Positions 9,186 to 17,413 of a stretch of 34,877 bases of DNA are shown here, one piece after another (the stretch's first letter is position 1; the number at the start of each line of letters is the position of its first letter). The notes below the pieces were generated by a model, which worked only from the letters and a program-made list of their open reading frames with translations, ran no database searches and was not told the DNA's origin. The stretch lies in assembly GCA_963997395.1 (NCBI GenBank), contig CAXEMW010000003.1, forward strand, positions 1 through 34,877. Reading direction: 5' to 3'. The position numbers and the translations under genes are program-made. Source of the DNA: an uncultured Planctomycetaceae bacterium. Lineage in GTDB: Bacteria; Planctomycetota; Planctomycetia; Pirellulales; UBA1268.

Positions 9186-10184
9186 ATGCGTTTACACGAT
9201 ACGTCTCGCTCACGAGGTTTTACGCTCATTGAGCTACTCGTTGTTATTGCAATCATTGGTGTGCTTGTTGGTCTTCTTTTGCCGGCTGTTCAACAGGCGC
9301 GTGAAGCTGCTCGCCGATCAAGTTGCCAAAACAACTTGAAACAAATGGGTATGGCTCTTCATACCTGGTCTGACACACATCAAAGAAAAGGTGACAGCCA
9401 CTTCCCAGCAATTGGTTCAATGAAAGAAGCGGGGAGTTCGAATGAAGCCAGAGACAAAGCTGCAGATATTGCCTATACATGGGTCTGTGAAATTCTTCCA
9501 GGCTTAGAACAAGCAAATCTTTACAATCAGTTGCAATCCAGAACAACCAACGACGCATGGGAAGCCCCATACGATGGTTCTATCCATGGCTTTGGAAATA
9601 CAACGAATGTATCCACTTTTGTCTGCCCATCATGGACCGACGGCCTGACAGACGTAAATGGTGATTCGTATGTAGCCGAAGCAGGTAGTCGAATCACTCC
9701 CGCAGGAAGCATTACTTATCGTGGCTGCACGGGTCTTACATATTGGAATCAATCCCTCGTTGGACACGCAAACAACAACATAGCCTGGCATAAGTGGCGA
9801 AAAGGTGCCTTTAATACCGGCGTCGTGAAAGGACAAAATGTCAATCAAGGATGGGTTGGATTTGGTGATTTTACCGATGGCCTAAGCAACACCATTCAAC
9901 TTGTTGAAAACGCCAGCGCACAGCAGTGGTGGCGGAATCAGCATCGAGTTGTCTCTTGGTTCACTGTAAATAATACTGCTGAGCCAATGGGTAAAATTGC
10001 TGCTCCAGGCACATGGAGACGGGCCTTCTACGGTGGAAGCTCAGCTCATACTGGCAATGTTTTTGGCTATACAACTGCAGATGGTGCGGTTGGCTTTATG
10101 CCATACACCGTTGACTTGGATGTTTATCGCTCCATGTCAACACGAGCAGGCGAGGGCAGAGATCCGACGCTTAACACACTCTAA
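9186..10184 (+). CDS. DUF1559 (SBP_bac_10) type IV prepilin-like protein, copy 2
   Basis: ATG 9186 after GGAG. MRLHDTSRSRG|FTLIELL...CQNNLKQ is nearly identical to copy 1; FVCPSW, DGLSNT, HTGNVFGYTTADG. Confidence 0.95.
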   Translation: MRLHDTSRSRGFTLIELLVVIAIIGVLVGLLLPAVQQAREAARRSSCQNNLKQMGMALHTWSDTHQRKGDSHFPAIGSMKEAGSSNEARDKAADIAYTWVCEILPGLEQANLYNQLQSRTTNDAWEAPYDGSIHGFGNTTNVSTFVCPSWTDGLTDVNGDSYVAEAGSRITPAGSITYRGCTGLTYWNQSLVGHANNNIAWHKWRKGAFNTGVVKGQNVNQGWVGFGDFTDGLSNTIQLVENASAQQWWRNQHRVVSWFTVNNTAEPMGKIAAPGTWRRAFYGGSSAHTGNVFGYTTADGAVGFMPYTVDLDVYRSMSTRAGEGRDPTLNTL

Positions 10185-10209
10185 TATCCTCTAGAACGTA
10201 GTCACAACT

Positions 10210-10250
10210 TTTGCAGAGGGGCACCAAAAACCCCTCTGCAAATTTCGTTT
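10210..10250 (+). terminator. Strong hairpin / intrinsic terminator after DUF1559 copy 2
   Basis: Perfect 12-bp stem TTTGCAGAGGGG (10210-10221) / CCCCTCTGCAAA (10231-10242), followed by TTTCGTTT. Confidence 0.7.
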
Positions 10251-10396
10251 ATAAACGGTAAGGAAATTTATAATTCAGGGAATCAATCGTTTGTTTGATA
10301 TTAAATTCCCCAAATTTAACTGATTGGATTTATATTTCCGACAAACGATCAAAAACATATTCAAGTTTTAATCTTCAATTAAAAAAGGGGCCTTCG

Positions 10397-10792
10397 ATGA
10401 GAGCATGGACTTCGATATTTGTATTAGTTGTACTTCTTGGTGTTACTGGTTGTGGAAGTAAGATGAGCGGCGCAGTTGACCAGTCCATGGACACGCAATG
10501 TGCATTGGATTCAATGGCCTATCTTGAAGAAATGCATGATCTTGCTGGTGGCGGTGGAGAGGAAGACAGAAGTGATGGCAAGGTCAACCAAACTTACTGC
10601 AACGAAATGAGCACATACCTTGACGAGGGCATGCTTGGCTCCGCCAACAAAGACGAGCTCAAGAAACTCTTGGACGAGCTTCGTAAGGCCAAAGACAAAG
10701 AAGAAATCCAAAGGATCACCGGAGAAATGGCTGGACTGATTGTATTGCCTGAAAAATACATGAGCCGCTTCGCTAAAAAGTACAAAAAGTAG
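10397..10792 (+). CDS. Small helical lipoprotein (131 aa), partner of DUF1559 copy 2; unknown family
   Basis: AAGGGG before ATG 10397; MRAWTSIFVLVVLLGVTG|C lipobox; homologous to 8496-8873. Confidence 0.85.
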   Translation: MRAWTSIFVLVVLLGVTGCGSKMSGAVDQSMDTQCALDSMAYLEEMHDLAGGGGEEDRSDGKVNQTYCNEMSTYLDEGMLGSANKDELKKLLDELRKAKDKEEIQRITGEMAGLIVLPEKYMSRFAKKYKK

Positions 10793-10813
10793 TCCAACAC
10801 TATTCGATTAAGA

Positions 10814-10852
10814 ATGGCCAGTCAGGCGCTACAGGCCTGGCTGGCTATTTTT
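10814..10852 (+). terminator. Rho-independent terminator after lipoprotein 2
   Basis: ATGGCCAGTCAGGC / GCCTGGCTGGCTAT 14-bp stem (2 G-U pairs), 7-nt loop, then a T run. Confidence 0.75.
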
Positions 10853-11135
10853 GTTGCGTCATAACACAGACTTTGGCGACCATATTCTGAGACCAGAAAC
10901 AAGGCTCAACAGAATTTTCTTATAAATAACAACACTCGCATGTTAGCTTCATGCACGTGTTGCTATCTATAAGAGCCGCTATTTTGAAGCTTTCCGAAAA
11001 ACACCCGATTTCGCGGTCCGAAACCTTGACGGCGTTGTTGACGAAATGATTATCTTGAACGCTGCCTTGTCATCAGATGAAATTCACGACATCTACGTAG
11101 TCGGACATGTTCACAAAGAATAACTGGAAGATTTT

Positions 11136-12965
11136 ATGCGTCACTTTGTATTAATGTACTCGTGGTTTTTATTTGCCTTCGGCACAATCATGATAGCGAC
11201 GGGTACCATCTGTATGGCTGCAGCGAAACCAAATGACACAACAGACCGCCCAAATGTTGTCTTCATTATTTGCGATGACCTGAACGACTACATTGAAGGG
11301 TTTAGTGGACACCCCCAAACAGTGACACCGAATATGGTGAGGCTTGCTGATTCAGGCGTTCGATTTACGCAAGCCCATTGCAATATTCCGATCTGCGGGC
11401 CTTCTCGGGCATGCTTGTTCTCTGGCATCTACCCGCACAACTCAGGCTGCTATGGGTTTACAAAATGGGACACCTATGAAGTCCTGAAAAACTCCCGAAC
11501 ACTCATGGATTATTTCCGTGAGAACAAATACTACACCGTAGGAACCGGAAAACTTCTGCATCACATGGTTCGTGGAGAATGGAAAAATTTTGGGAACCGT
11601 GCGGACTATGGACCTTTCGCCTATGACGGGAAAGACAATCAACCACACCCTGACACGCCAGCTCCCTATAACGAGATCGGGCCAGTTGATGGATCGTTCG
11701 GACCACTGGTCAACATTGAAGGACGAACGACAAAAGATGGTAAGCCACTCATGTGGCGAACCGGTGGATGGCAATCGGTAGACAAACTGACGATCCATCC
11801 TTCAGGTGAAAATGATCCGACACCGGATGAAAAAAATGGGAACTGGGCCGTTGAACAGCTTGAGGCGCTCGCTGCAACAAACGCAAAAAACCGCAAGCCG
11901 TTTTTTATGGGCATTGGTTTTATCCGGCCTCATACACCACTTATTGTTCCACAGCGATTTTTTGACATGTTCCCGGTGGATGAAATCTCACTGCCTGAAA
12001 TTCTTGACGGCGACATTAACGACACCTTCGCGCGAACAATCCGAGGGCTTCCCCACGGAAAAGAACCTGACTCAGTGCGTACCGAAGATATGGGAAGCAA
12101 ACTCTTCCACAAACTTGTCGAATCTTATGACTCGCGCGATGAAGCCCTTCGGCATTTCATTCAAGCCTACCTTGCCAGCATTGCGTCCGTTGACGAACAG
12201 GTTGGTCGGATTCTGGATGTGATCGATAGTACAGAACTCAAGAACAACACAATAATCGTCCTGACAAGTGACCATGGATGGGGAATGGGTGAAAAAGACT
12301 ATCTCTATAAAAATTCACTCTGGCAAGAAAGTACTCGAATCCCCCTCATCGTGCGGGCCCCGGGAATCGCACCCGCTGACACAACATGTAGCCAACCTGT
12401 GTCACTCGTCGACATCTATCCAACTCTGAGTGATCTTTGTGACCTTGAGGGCGATACGATGAAAAATGAAAAGGGGCATCCACTCGACGGGCACAGCTTT
12501 CGACCACTGTTAGAAGATCCGGCTCATGGCACATGGACTGGTCCGGATGAAGCACTCACCGCACTGTACAAGTGGCGAATGAAATATAACCCACACGAAG
12601 AGAGCTATTCACTTCGTAGTAAAGAGTGGCGATATATTCGCTACGAAAACGGAAAAGAAGAACTGTACAACACAGCATCTGACCCGAACGAATGGAAAAA
12701 CCTTGCTGCTGAAGCACAACACAGCCACGAGGTAAACCGCTTACGACAAGTGCTTGCGTCGCGTCTCCCGGAAAAAGATGTTGTCCCACCACAGCCACAG
12801 TGGAAGGCTCCCGGGAAACCTGAACCAAAAAGTAATGAATATTGGAAAAATCTTTATTTCAAAAAGAATCCTGATGCAGACGCTGACAAAGACGGAACGC
12901 TTAGCTGGCCAGAGTTCCACGCCCACAAAAAAACTGCTGTCCCCGCAGCAAAAACACCCAAATGA
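11136..12965 (+). CDS. Sulfatase, iduronate-2-sulfatase/choline-sulfatase-like, with C-terminal EF-hand
   Basis: PNVVFIICDDLND, ICGPSRA, GFIRPHTP, LTSDHGW..GEK, KNSLWQESTRIPL; C-terminal DADKDGTLSWPE EF-hand loop. Confidence 0.92.
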   Translation: MRHFVLMYSWFLFAFGTIMIATGTICMAAAKPNDTTDRPNVVFIICDDLNDYIEGFSGHPQTVTPNMVRLADSGVRFTQAHCNIPICGPSRACLFSGIYPHNSGCYGFTKWDTYEVLKNSRTLMDYFRENKYYTVGTGKLLHHMVRGEWKNFGNRADYGPFAYDGKDNQPHPDTPAPYNEIGPVDGSFGPLVNIEGRTTKDGKPLMWRTGGWQSVDKLTIHPSGENDPTPDEKNGNWAVEQLEALAATNAKNRKPFFMGIGFIRPHTPLIVPQRFFDMFPVDEISLPEILDGDINDTFARTIRGLPHGKEPDSVRTEDMGSKLFHKLVESYDSRDEALRHFIQAYLASIASVDEQVGRILDVIDSTELKNNTIIVLTSDHGWGMGEKDYLYKNSLWQESTRIPLIVRAPGIAPADTTCSQPVSLVDIYPTLSDLCDLEGDTMKNEKGHPLDGHSFRPLLEDPAHGTWTGPDEALTALYKWRMKYNPHEESYSLRSKEWRYIRYENGKEELYNTASDPNEWKNLAAEAQHSHEVNRLRQVLASRLPEKDVVPPQPQWKAPGKPEPKSNEYWKNLYFKKNPDADADKDGTLSWPEFHAHKKTAVPAAKTPK

Positions 12966-13030
12966 CACATACTGCCCCAGCCTGACTAGAATAGCGTGTG
13001 GAATAGAAACTCCCCGCACGCCAGTTTGCC

Positions 13031-15844
13031 ATGAACATTCACCTCACCATAACACCAGCACAGAGCAGCCCCTATTTGTCGCGTCGCATGCTCCTATGCT
13101 GCCTGGTCGTTCTTTGCCTCCAAAATGCTGCACGCATTGATGCAGCTATTGGATTTGATGAAGACATACGACCAATTCTCGAGGAGAATTGCTGGCACTG
13201 CCACGGAGAAGATGAGCAAGAGTCAGGCCTTCGGCTCGACAAACGAGCAATGATGCTCAGGGGTGGAGACTATGGACTCCCAACACTTGTTCCAGGATAT
13301 CCTGAGAAAAGCTATCTCATGGAAGTCGTCGAACACCGCGACCCAAACATGGCGATGCCACCTGACGAAGACAAACTTCCCCAACAGCAAATCGATTTGT
13401 TACGACAGTGGATTGCTGAAGGTGCTGAATGGCCTGGACAAATGAATGATGAGGTCGCCTTTACTGCAGATGAGATGCCCTGGTCGTTTCAGCCTGTCGT
13501 TCGTCCTTCCGTACCCGATGAGCACGAGCAGAATCCAGTCGATGCGTTCCTCCTGAGGAAACTCCGCAAGAAGTCTCTTCATTTTTCAAAGCCAGCGAGC
13601 CCAGCGACCCTGATTCGGCGCGCTTCAATCGTGCTTACCGGCCTTCCACCGACACCCGAGGCGGTCCATCATTTTGAAAAAGCATGTGAAGCAGATGCAG
13701 ACAGTGCCTACATCAGTCTTGTAGAGCAACTTCTTGCGTCACCCCATTTTGGTGAACGATGGGCACAGCACTGGCTTGACGTGATCCGCTGGGCTGAGAC
13801 GAACGGCTCCGAAAGCAACATGTATCGAAAAAATGCCTGGATCTATCGAGATTACGTCATCAGAGCATTTAACGAAGACAAACCCTACAACGAATTCCTT
13901 ACTGAGCAAATCGCTGGTGATGTGGTCGGGCACGGCGATGCCACTGGTTACCTGGTTTCTGGACCGCATGTTCCCGTCGCAACCGTTGGACAGGAGCCGT
14001 CTGCTCGCCGGCAAGCCAGAGCAGATCGTATGGACGAGATTCTTCAGACTGTTGGTGCCTCTGCGCTTGGTGTGACGATCGGCTGTGCGCGATGCCATAA
14101 CCACAAATTTGATCCGATTACGATTCGGGACTATTACTCGCTTTCTGCGGTATTCCAAGATGTTGAATTTGGCAGCCGCTACCCAGAATTTGATGAACAT
14201 CATCCCCGCCGGGAAATCGCACAGCGACTCTACAAAGAAATCGGCAAGCAGCGGTATCGGCTTCGAGATGCTGGTGCATGGCAAGAAGACTGGACTGGTT
14301 ATGGTGAAATTCATTTCCCAAGTACAACGACAAACGCAGTTCGGATTACATTTCTCAGTCGATATGTTGGTCTTGATGAGCTTGAAATTTTTGGCCTTCA
14401 CAACCTTGAAGAAAATGTCGCCAGTTCCGAAAGTGGTGCAACTGTAACCGCAGCACCGGGCATGGAAGTTCTTCGAAATGAACTCTGGAAAATCAATGAC
14501 GGTGAATATGGGACTGAGCGGTGGGCTGCACGTGTGCCCGAGGGTAAAAAAGGAAACCCTTGGCTGGAATTTCAGTTCACGAAACCAACTGAAATTGATC
14601 GTATTCGTTTGAGCAATAATAGAGAAAACTTCTTTGATACTGACTACCTGACAGACTTAAAGCCTTTTAACTTTCCAAAGTATCGTATTGAGATCCAGAC
14701 TGCTGGTGGTGAATGGCAACAGGTTGCCAACTCTCAAACCAACTCACAACTCAACAAAACGTTCCCCTTTCGATCCGATGCATTGCAGAAGCTGCAACGC
14801 CTGATTGCTCAATTCAATACGGAAGGTCCTCGGCCAAGCTTTGTTGGAAGATTCAAAACACCCGGGCCAACACATGTCTTCCACCGTGGGAGTCCCGAAA
14901 ACCCTCGAGATGAGGTTCCGCCAGCAGCTCCCCTTGTTCTTGTTGGTGACCTAAAGCTTGACAGCAACGCATCTGGCCAGGCACGAAGAAAAGCTTTTGC
15001 CGACTGGTTAACAGAGCCTACAAACCCGCTCCCATCGCGGGTCATGGTCAATCGCATGTGGCATCATGTTTTTGGACAAGGGATTGTCACAACCACCGGT
15101 GACTTTGGATTTGCTGGTGCCCAGCCAACACACCCAGAACTCCTTGACTGGCTTGCTTCAGAGTTCGCTGAACCAGTGCTGGTGGTCAGCGATCGCCCAG
15201 CCAAGCCATGGTCCGTCAAGCATATTCTCCGGCTGCTTGTCTCCTCTCGTGCATTTACTCAAGAGAGCAAACCCAACGAAGAAGCTCTAACTCAAGATGG
15301 AACGAGCAGCCTTCTCTGGCGATTTCCTCCCAGACGTCTTGAGGCCGAGGTTATTCGGGACGCCATCCTTACTGCATCAGGCTCACTGAAACCAGAACTT
15401 GGTGGGCCGAGCTACCGCATTCATAATATCAAAAAGCGTTATGCACAGTGGGAGGTCCTAGACAACTACGGTGAAGACACCTGGCGGCGAATGATCTATC
15501 AGGAACGGATGCGTCGGGTCGACGACTGCATGTTCACGGCTTTTGATTTTCCTGACTGTGGCCAGGTACGGGCCAAGCGCCCGGTCTCAACAACACCACT
15601 TCAAGCACTCAATTTGATGAATAGCCCGTTTGTCATATCGCAGTCAGAACTGATTGCCAAACGCGCGATGGAAGATTCTGAAAATGATCTACCAGAGGCA
15701 CTCGACCGGTGTTTCGAAGTCCTTCTTGCTCGGCACCCAACTGCTCAGGAAAGGGCCGCCGTGCAAAATATAACCTCTAAAGAAGATCTTTTTCTCGTCT
15801 GTCGAGCGATCCTCAACTCCAATGCTTTTACTTTTCTGGAGTAA
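13031..15844 (+). CDS. Planctomycete cytochrome c + DUF1549 + F5/8-type-C-like insert + DUF1553 protein
   Basis: CWHCHG..SGLRLD (PSCyt1), WSFQP..NPVDAF, SPHFGERWAQHWLD, CARCHNHKFDPI, RVMVNRMWHHVFGQG, HPELLDWLA, PRRLEAEVIRD, STTPLQALNLMN. Confidence 0.93.
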   Translation: MNIHLTITPAQSSPYLSRRMLLCCLVVLCLQNAARIDAAIGFDEDIRPILEENCWHCHGEDEQESGLRLDKRAMMLRGGDYGLPTLVPGYPEKSYLMEVVEHRDPNMAMPPDEDKLPQQQIDLLRQWIAEGAEWPGQMNDEVAFTADEMPWSFQPVVRPSVPDEHEQNPVDAFLLRKLRKKSLHFSKPASPATLIRRASIVLTGLPPTPEAVHHFEKACEADADSAYISLVEQLLASPHFGERWAQHWLDVIRWAETNGSESNMYRKNAWIYRDYVIRAFNEDKPYNEFLTEQIAGDVVGHGDATGYLVSGPHVPVATVGQEPSARRQARADRMDEILQTVGASALGVTIGCARCHNHKFDPITIRDYYSLSAVFQDVEFGSRYPEFDEHHPRREIAQRLYKEIGKQRYRLRDAGAWQEDWTGYGEIHFPSTTTNAVRITFLSRYVGLDELEIFGLHNLEENVASSESGATVTAAPGMEVLRNELWKINDGEYGTERWAARVPEGKKGNPWLEFQFTKPTEIDRIRLSNNRENFFDTDYLTDLKPFNFPKYRIEIQTAGGEWQQVANSQTNSQLNKTFPFRSDALQKLQRLIAQFNTEGPRPSFVGRFKTPGPTHVFHRGSPENPRDEVPPAAPLVLVGDLKLDSNASGQARRKAFADWLTEPTNPLPSRVMVNRMWHHVFGQGIVTTTGDFGFAGAQPTHPELLDWLASEFAEPVLVVSDRPAKPWSVKHILRLLVSSRAFTQESKPNEEALTQDGTSSLLWRFPPRRLEAEVIRDAILTASGSLKPELGGPSYRIHNIKKRYAQWEVLDNYGEDTWRRMIYQERMRRVDDCMFTAFDFPDCGQVRAKRPVSTTPLQALNLMNSPFVISQSELIAKRAMEDSENDLPEALDRCFEVLLARHPTAQERAAVQNITSKEDLFLVCRAILNSNAFTFLE

Positions 15845-15850
15845 CCGAAC

Positions 15851-17353
15851 ATGAATGACGCAGAACATCTTTTGCCACAGGGCCGGCATCTTCTCGATCG
15901 CCGCACGTTTCTACAGACCGCAGGGCTTTCCACTTCGAGCCTTGCGCTGCTTCAGATACTACAAAACGATGGGCTTTTAGCTGAAACTGTCCGTACTGCT
16001 GGAGGAAAGGTGCCCATTCGTCCGCAGATCGACCCGAATGATCCGTATGCAGCTCGCCCACCTCACTTCCCAATGCCTGCAAAACAGGTTCTTGTTATCT
16101 ACTGCCCCGGTGCTGTCAGCCATGTAGACACGTTCGACTACAAGCCACAACTTGAAAAGTTCCATGGACAGAAGCCACCAGGGATTCCAGACGTCACCTT
16201 TGAAGGACCAACTGGAAACATAGCAAAGCCATTTTGGAAATTCCGGCCGCGCGGAGAGACCGGCAAGATGGTATCTGACCTTCTCCCTAACCTGGCCAAA
16301 CAGACAGATGAACTGTGCTTCGTTCACTCCCTCCATACTGAGTCAAGCGCTCACCCTCAAGGTGAGAACTTCATGAACACCGGGTTCACAATGGAAGGCT
16401 TTCCATCTTTTGGCGCATGGACGACCTACGCACTCGGCACCGAGAACGAAAACCTCCCGGCATTTGTTGCAATTAATGATCCTCGCGGCCTGGCGCGCAG
16501 TGGAAAAAACAACTTTGGAAATGGTTTTCTGCCAGCAGCGTTTCAGGGCACCGACTTCAGTGCCACAAGTCCTCCAAAAAACCTTGATCGTCCAGATCAA
16601 CTCACCGGACAAGATGATGCGACAACTCGTGACATCATTCAACGGCTCAACGCCCACCATCTCGAACAGTATCCAGGAGATGCTGATCTCGCCGGAAGAA
16701 TAGCAAGTTACGAACTTGCCGGTCGCATGCAAATGTCCATCCCTGACGTTATGGATCTCGCAGGAGAATCCGCAGCAACACTCGCATCGTATGGTGTTGA
16801 AGGCGGGAGTGAATTACGTGGCTCATACGCTCGCAATTGTATTCTCGCCCGACGGCTCCTCGAACAGGGCGTGCGCGTTGTCCAACTTTTTAATGGGAGC
16901 GACCCTTCTGGCGGGAATGGAATTACAAACTGGGACTCCCACCAGAACATCCTCAAGACTCATGCCATGCAGGCCGAAATCATGGATCAGCCAACAGCCG
17001 CGCTCTTGGCAGATATGCGAGAACGGGGAATGCTTGATCACACGCTTGTTGTCTGGGCAACAGAGTTTGGCCGGATGCCATTCCTGCAGGCAAATGGAAC
17101 AGGACGAGACCATAACCCAGATGCATTCACGTGCTTTCTTACCGGCGCAGGTGTCAAACGTGCTACCAGCTACGGAAGTAGTGATGAATTTGGATTTAAG
17201 GCGGCTGACAACCCAGCATCCGTCTATGACTTCAACGCAACGTTACTTCATCTCATGGGACTCGACCACGAACGACTGACGTTTTATCACAACGGCCTCG
17301 AGAGGCGGCTTACCAATGTGCATGGACATGTGATTGATGATCTCCTTGCCTAG
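15851..17353 (+). CDS. DUF1501 domain protein (Tat-exported)
   Basis: DRRTFLQ twin-arginine motif; GAVSHVDTFDYKP, YELAGRMQ, NWDSH, TEFGRMP, GRDHNP, LLHLMGLDHERLT; starts 6 bp after the DUF1553 gene. Confidence 0.93.
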   Translation: MNDAEHLLPQGRHLLDRRTFLQTAGLSTSSLALLQILQNDGLLAETVRTAGGKVPIRPQIDPNDPYAARPPHFPMPAKQVLVIYCPGAVSHVDTFDYKPQLEKFHGQKPPGIPDVTFEGPTGNIAKPFWKFRPRGETGKMVSDLLPNLAKQTDELCFVHSLHTESSAHPQGENFMNTGFTMEGFPSFGAWTTYALGTENENLPAFVAINDPRGLARSGKNNFGNGFLPAAFQGTDFSATSPPKNLDRPDQLTGQDDATTRDIIQRLNAHHLEQYPGDADLAGRIASYELAGRMQMSIPDVMDLAGESAATLASYGVEGGSELRGSYARNCILARRLLEQGVRVVQLFNGSDPSGGNGITNWDSHQNILKTHAMQAEIMDQPTAALLADMRERGMLDHTLVVWATEFGRMPFLQANGTGRDHNPDAFTCFLTGAGVKRATSYGSSDEFGFKAADNPASVYDFNATLLHLMGLDHERLTFYHNGLERRLTNVHGHVIDDLLA

Positions 17354-17413
17354 TCTCGTTTCCAAAGGCCTGAGAGGCCATCAATTTTCGATTGTCACAG
17401 GGGGCTTTATTCG

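Noticed and set aside
7281-10184. Diversity-generating retroelement, shufflon or pilin gene-conversion cassette
   Set aside because: No reverse transcriptase or recombinase is present and there is no adenine-specific TR/VR pair. Both copies have their own promoter and differ at many synonymous sites, which fits an older duplication.
8388-10396. ORF-track N-terminal extensions of the two lipoproteins (starts at 8388 and 10295)
   Set aside because: They run through a hairpin or AT-rich spacer. The downstream ATGs have SD-like sequences and give canonical lipoprotein signal peptides.
11026-11056. TTGACG...TATCTT promoter upstream of the sulfatase at 11136
   Set aside because: The spacing is 19 nt and there is no independent support.
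13739-14401. Long antisense or alternate-frame ORFs (also 1004-1627, 16716-17279, 22275-22835)
   Set aside because: They are fully nested in well-supported genes and have no recognisable motifs.
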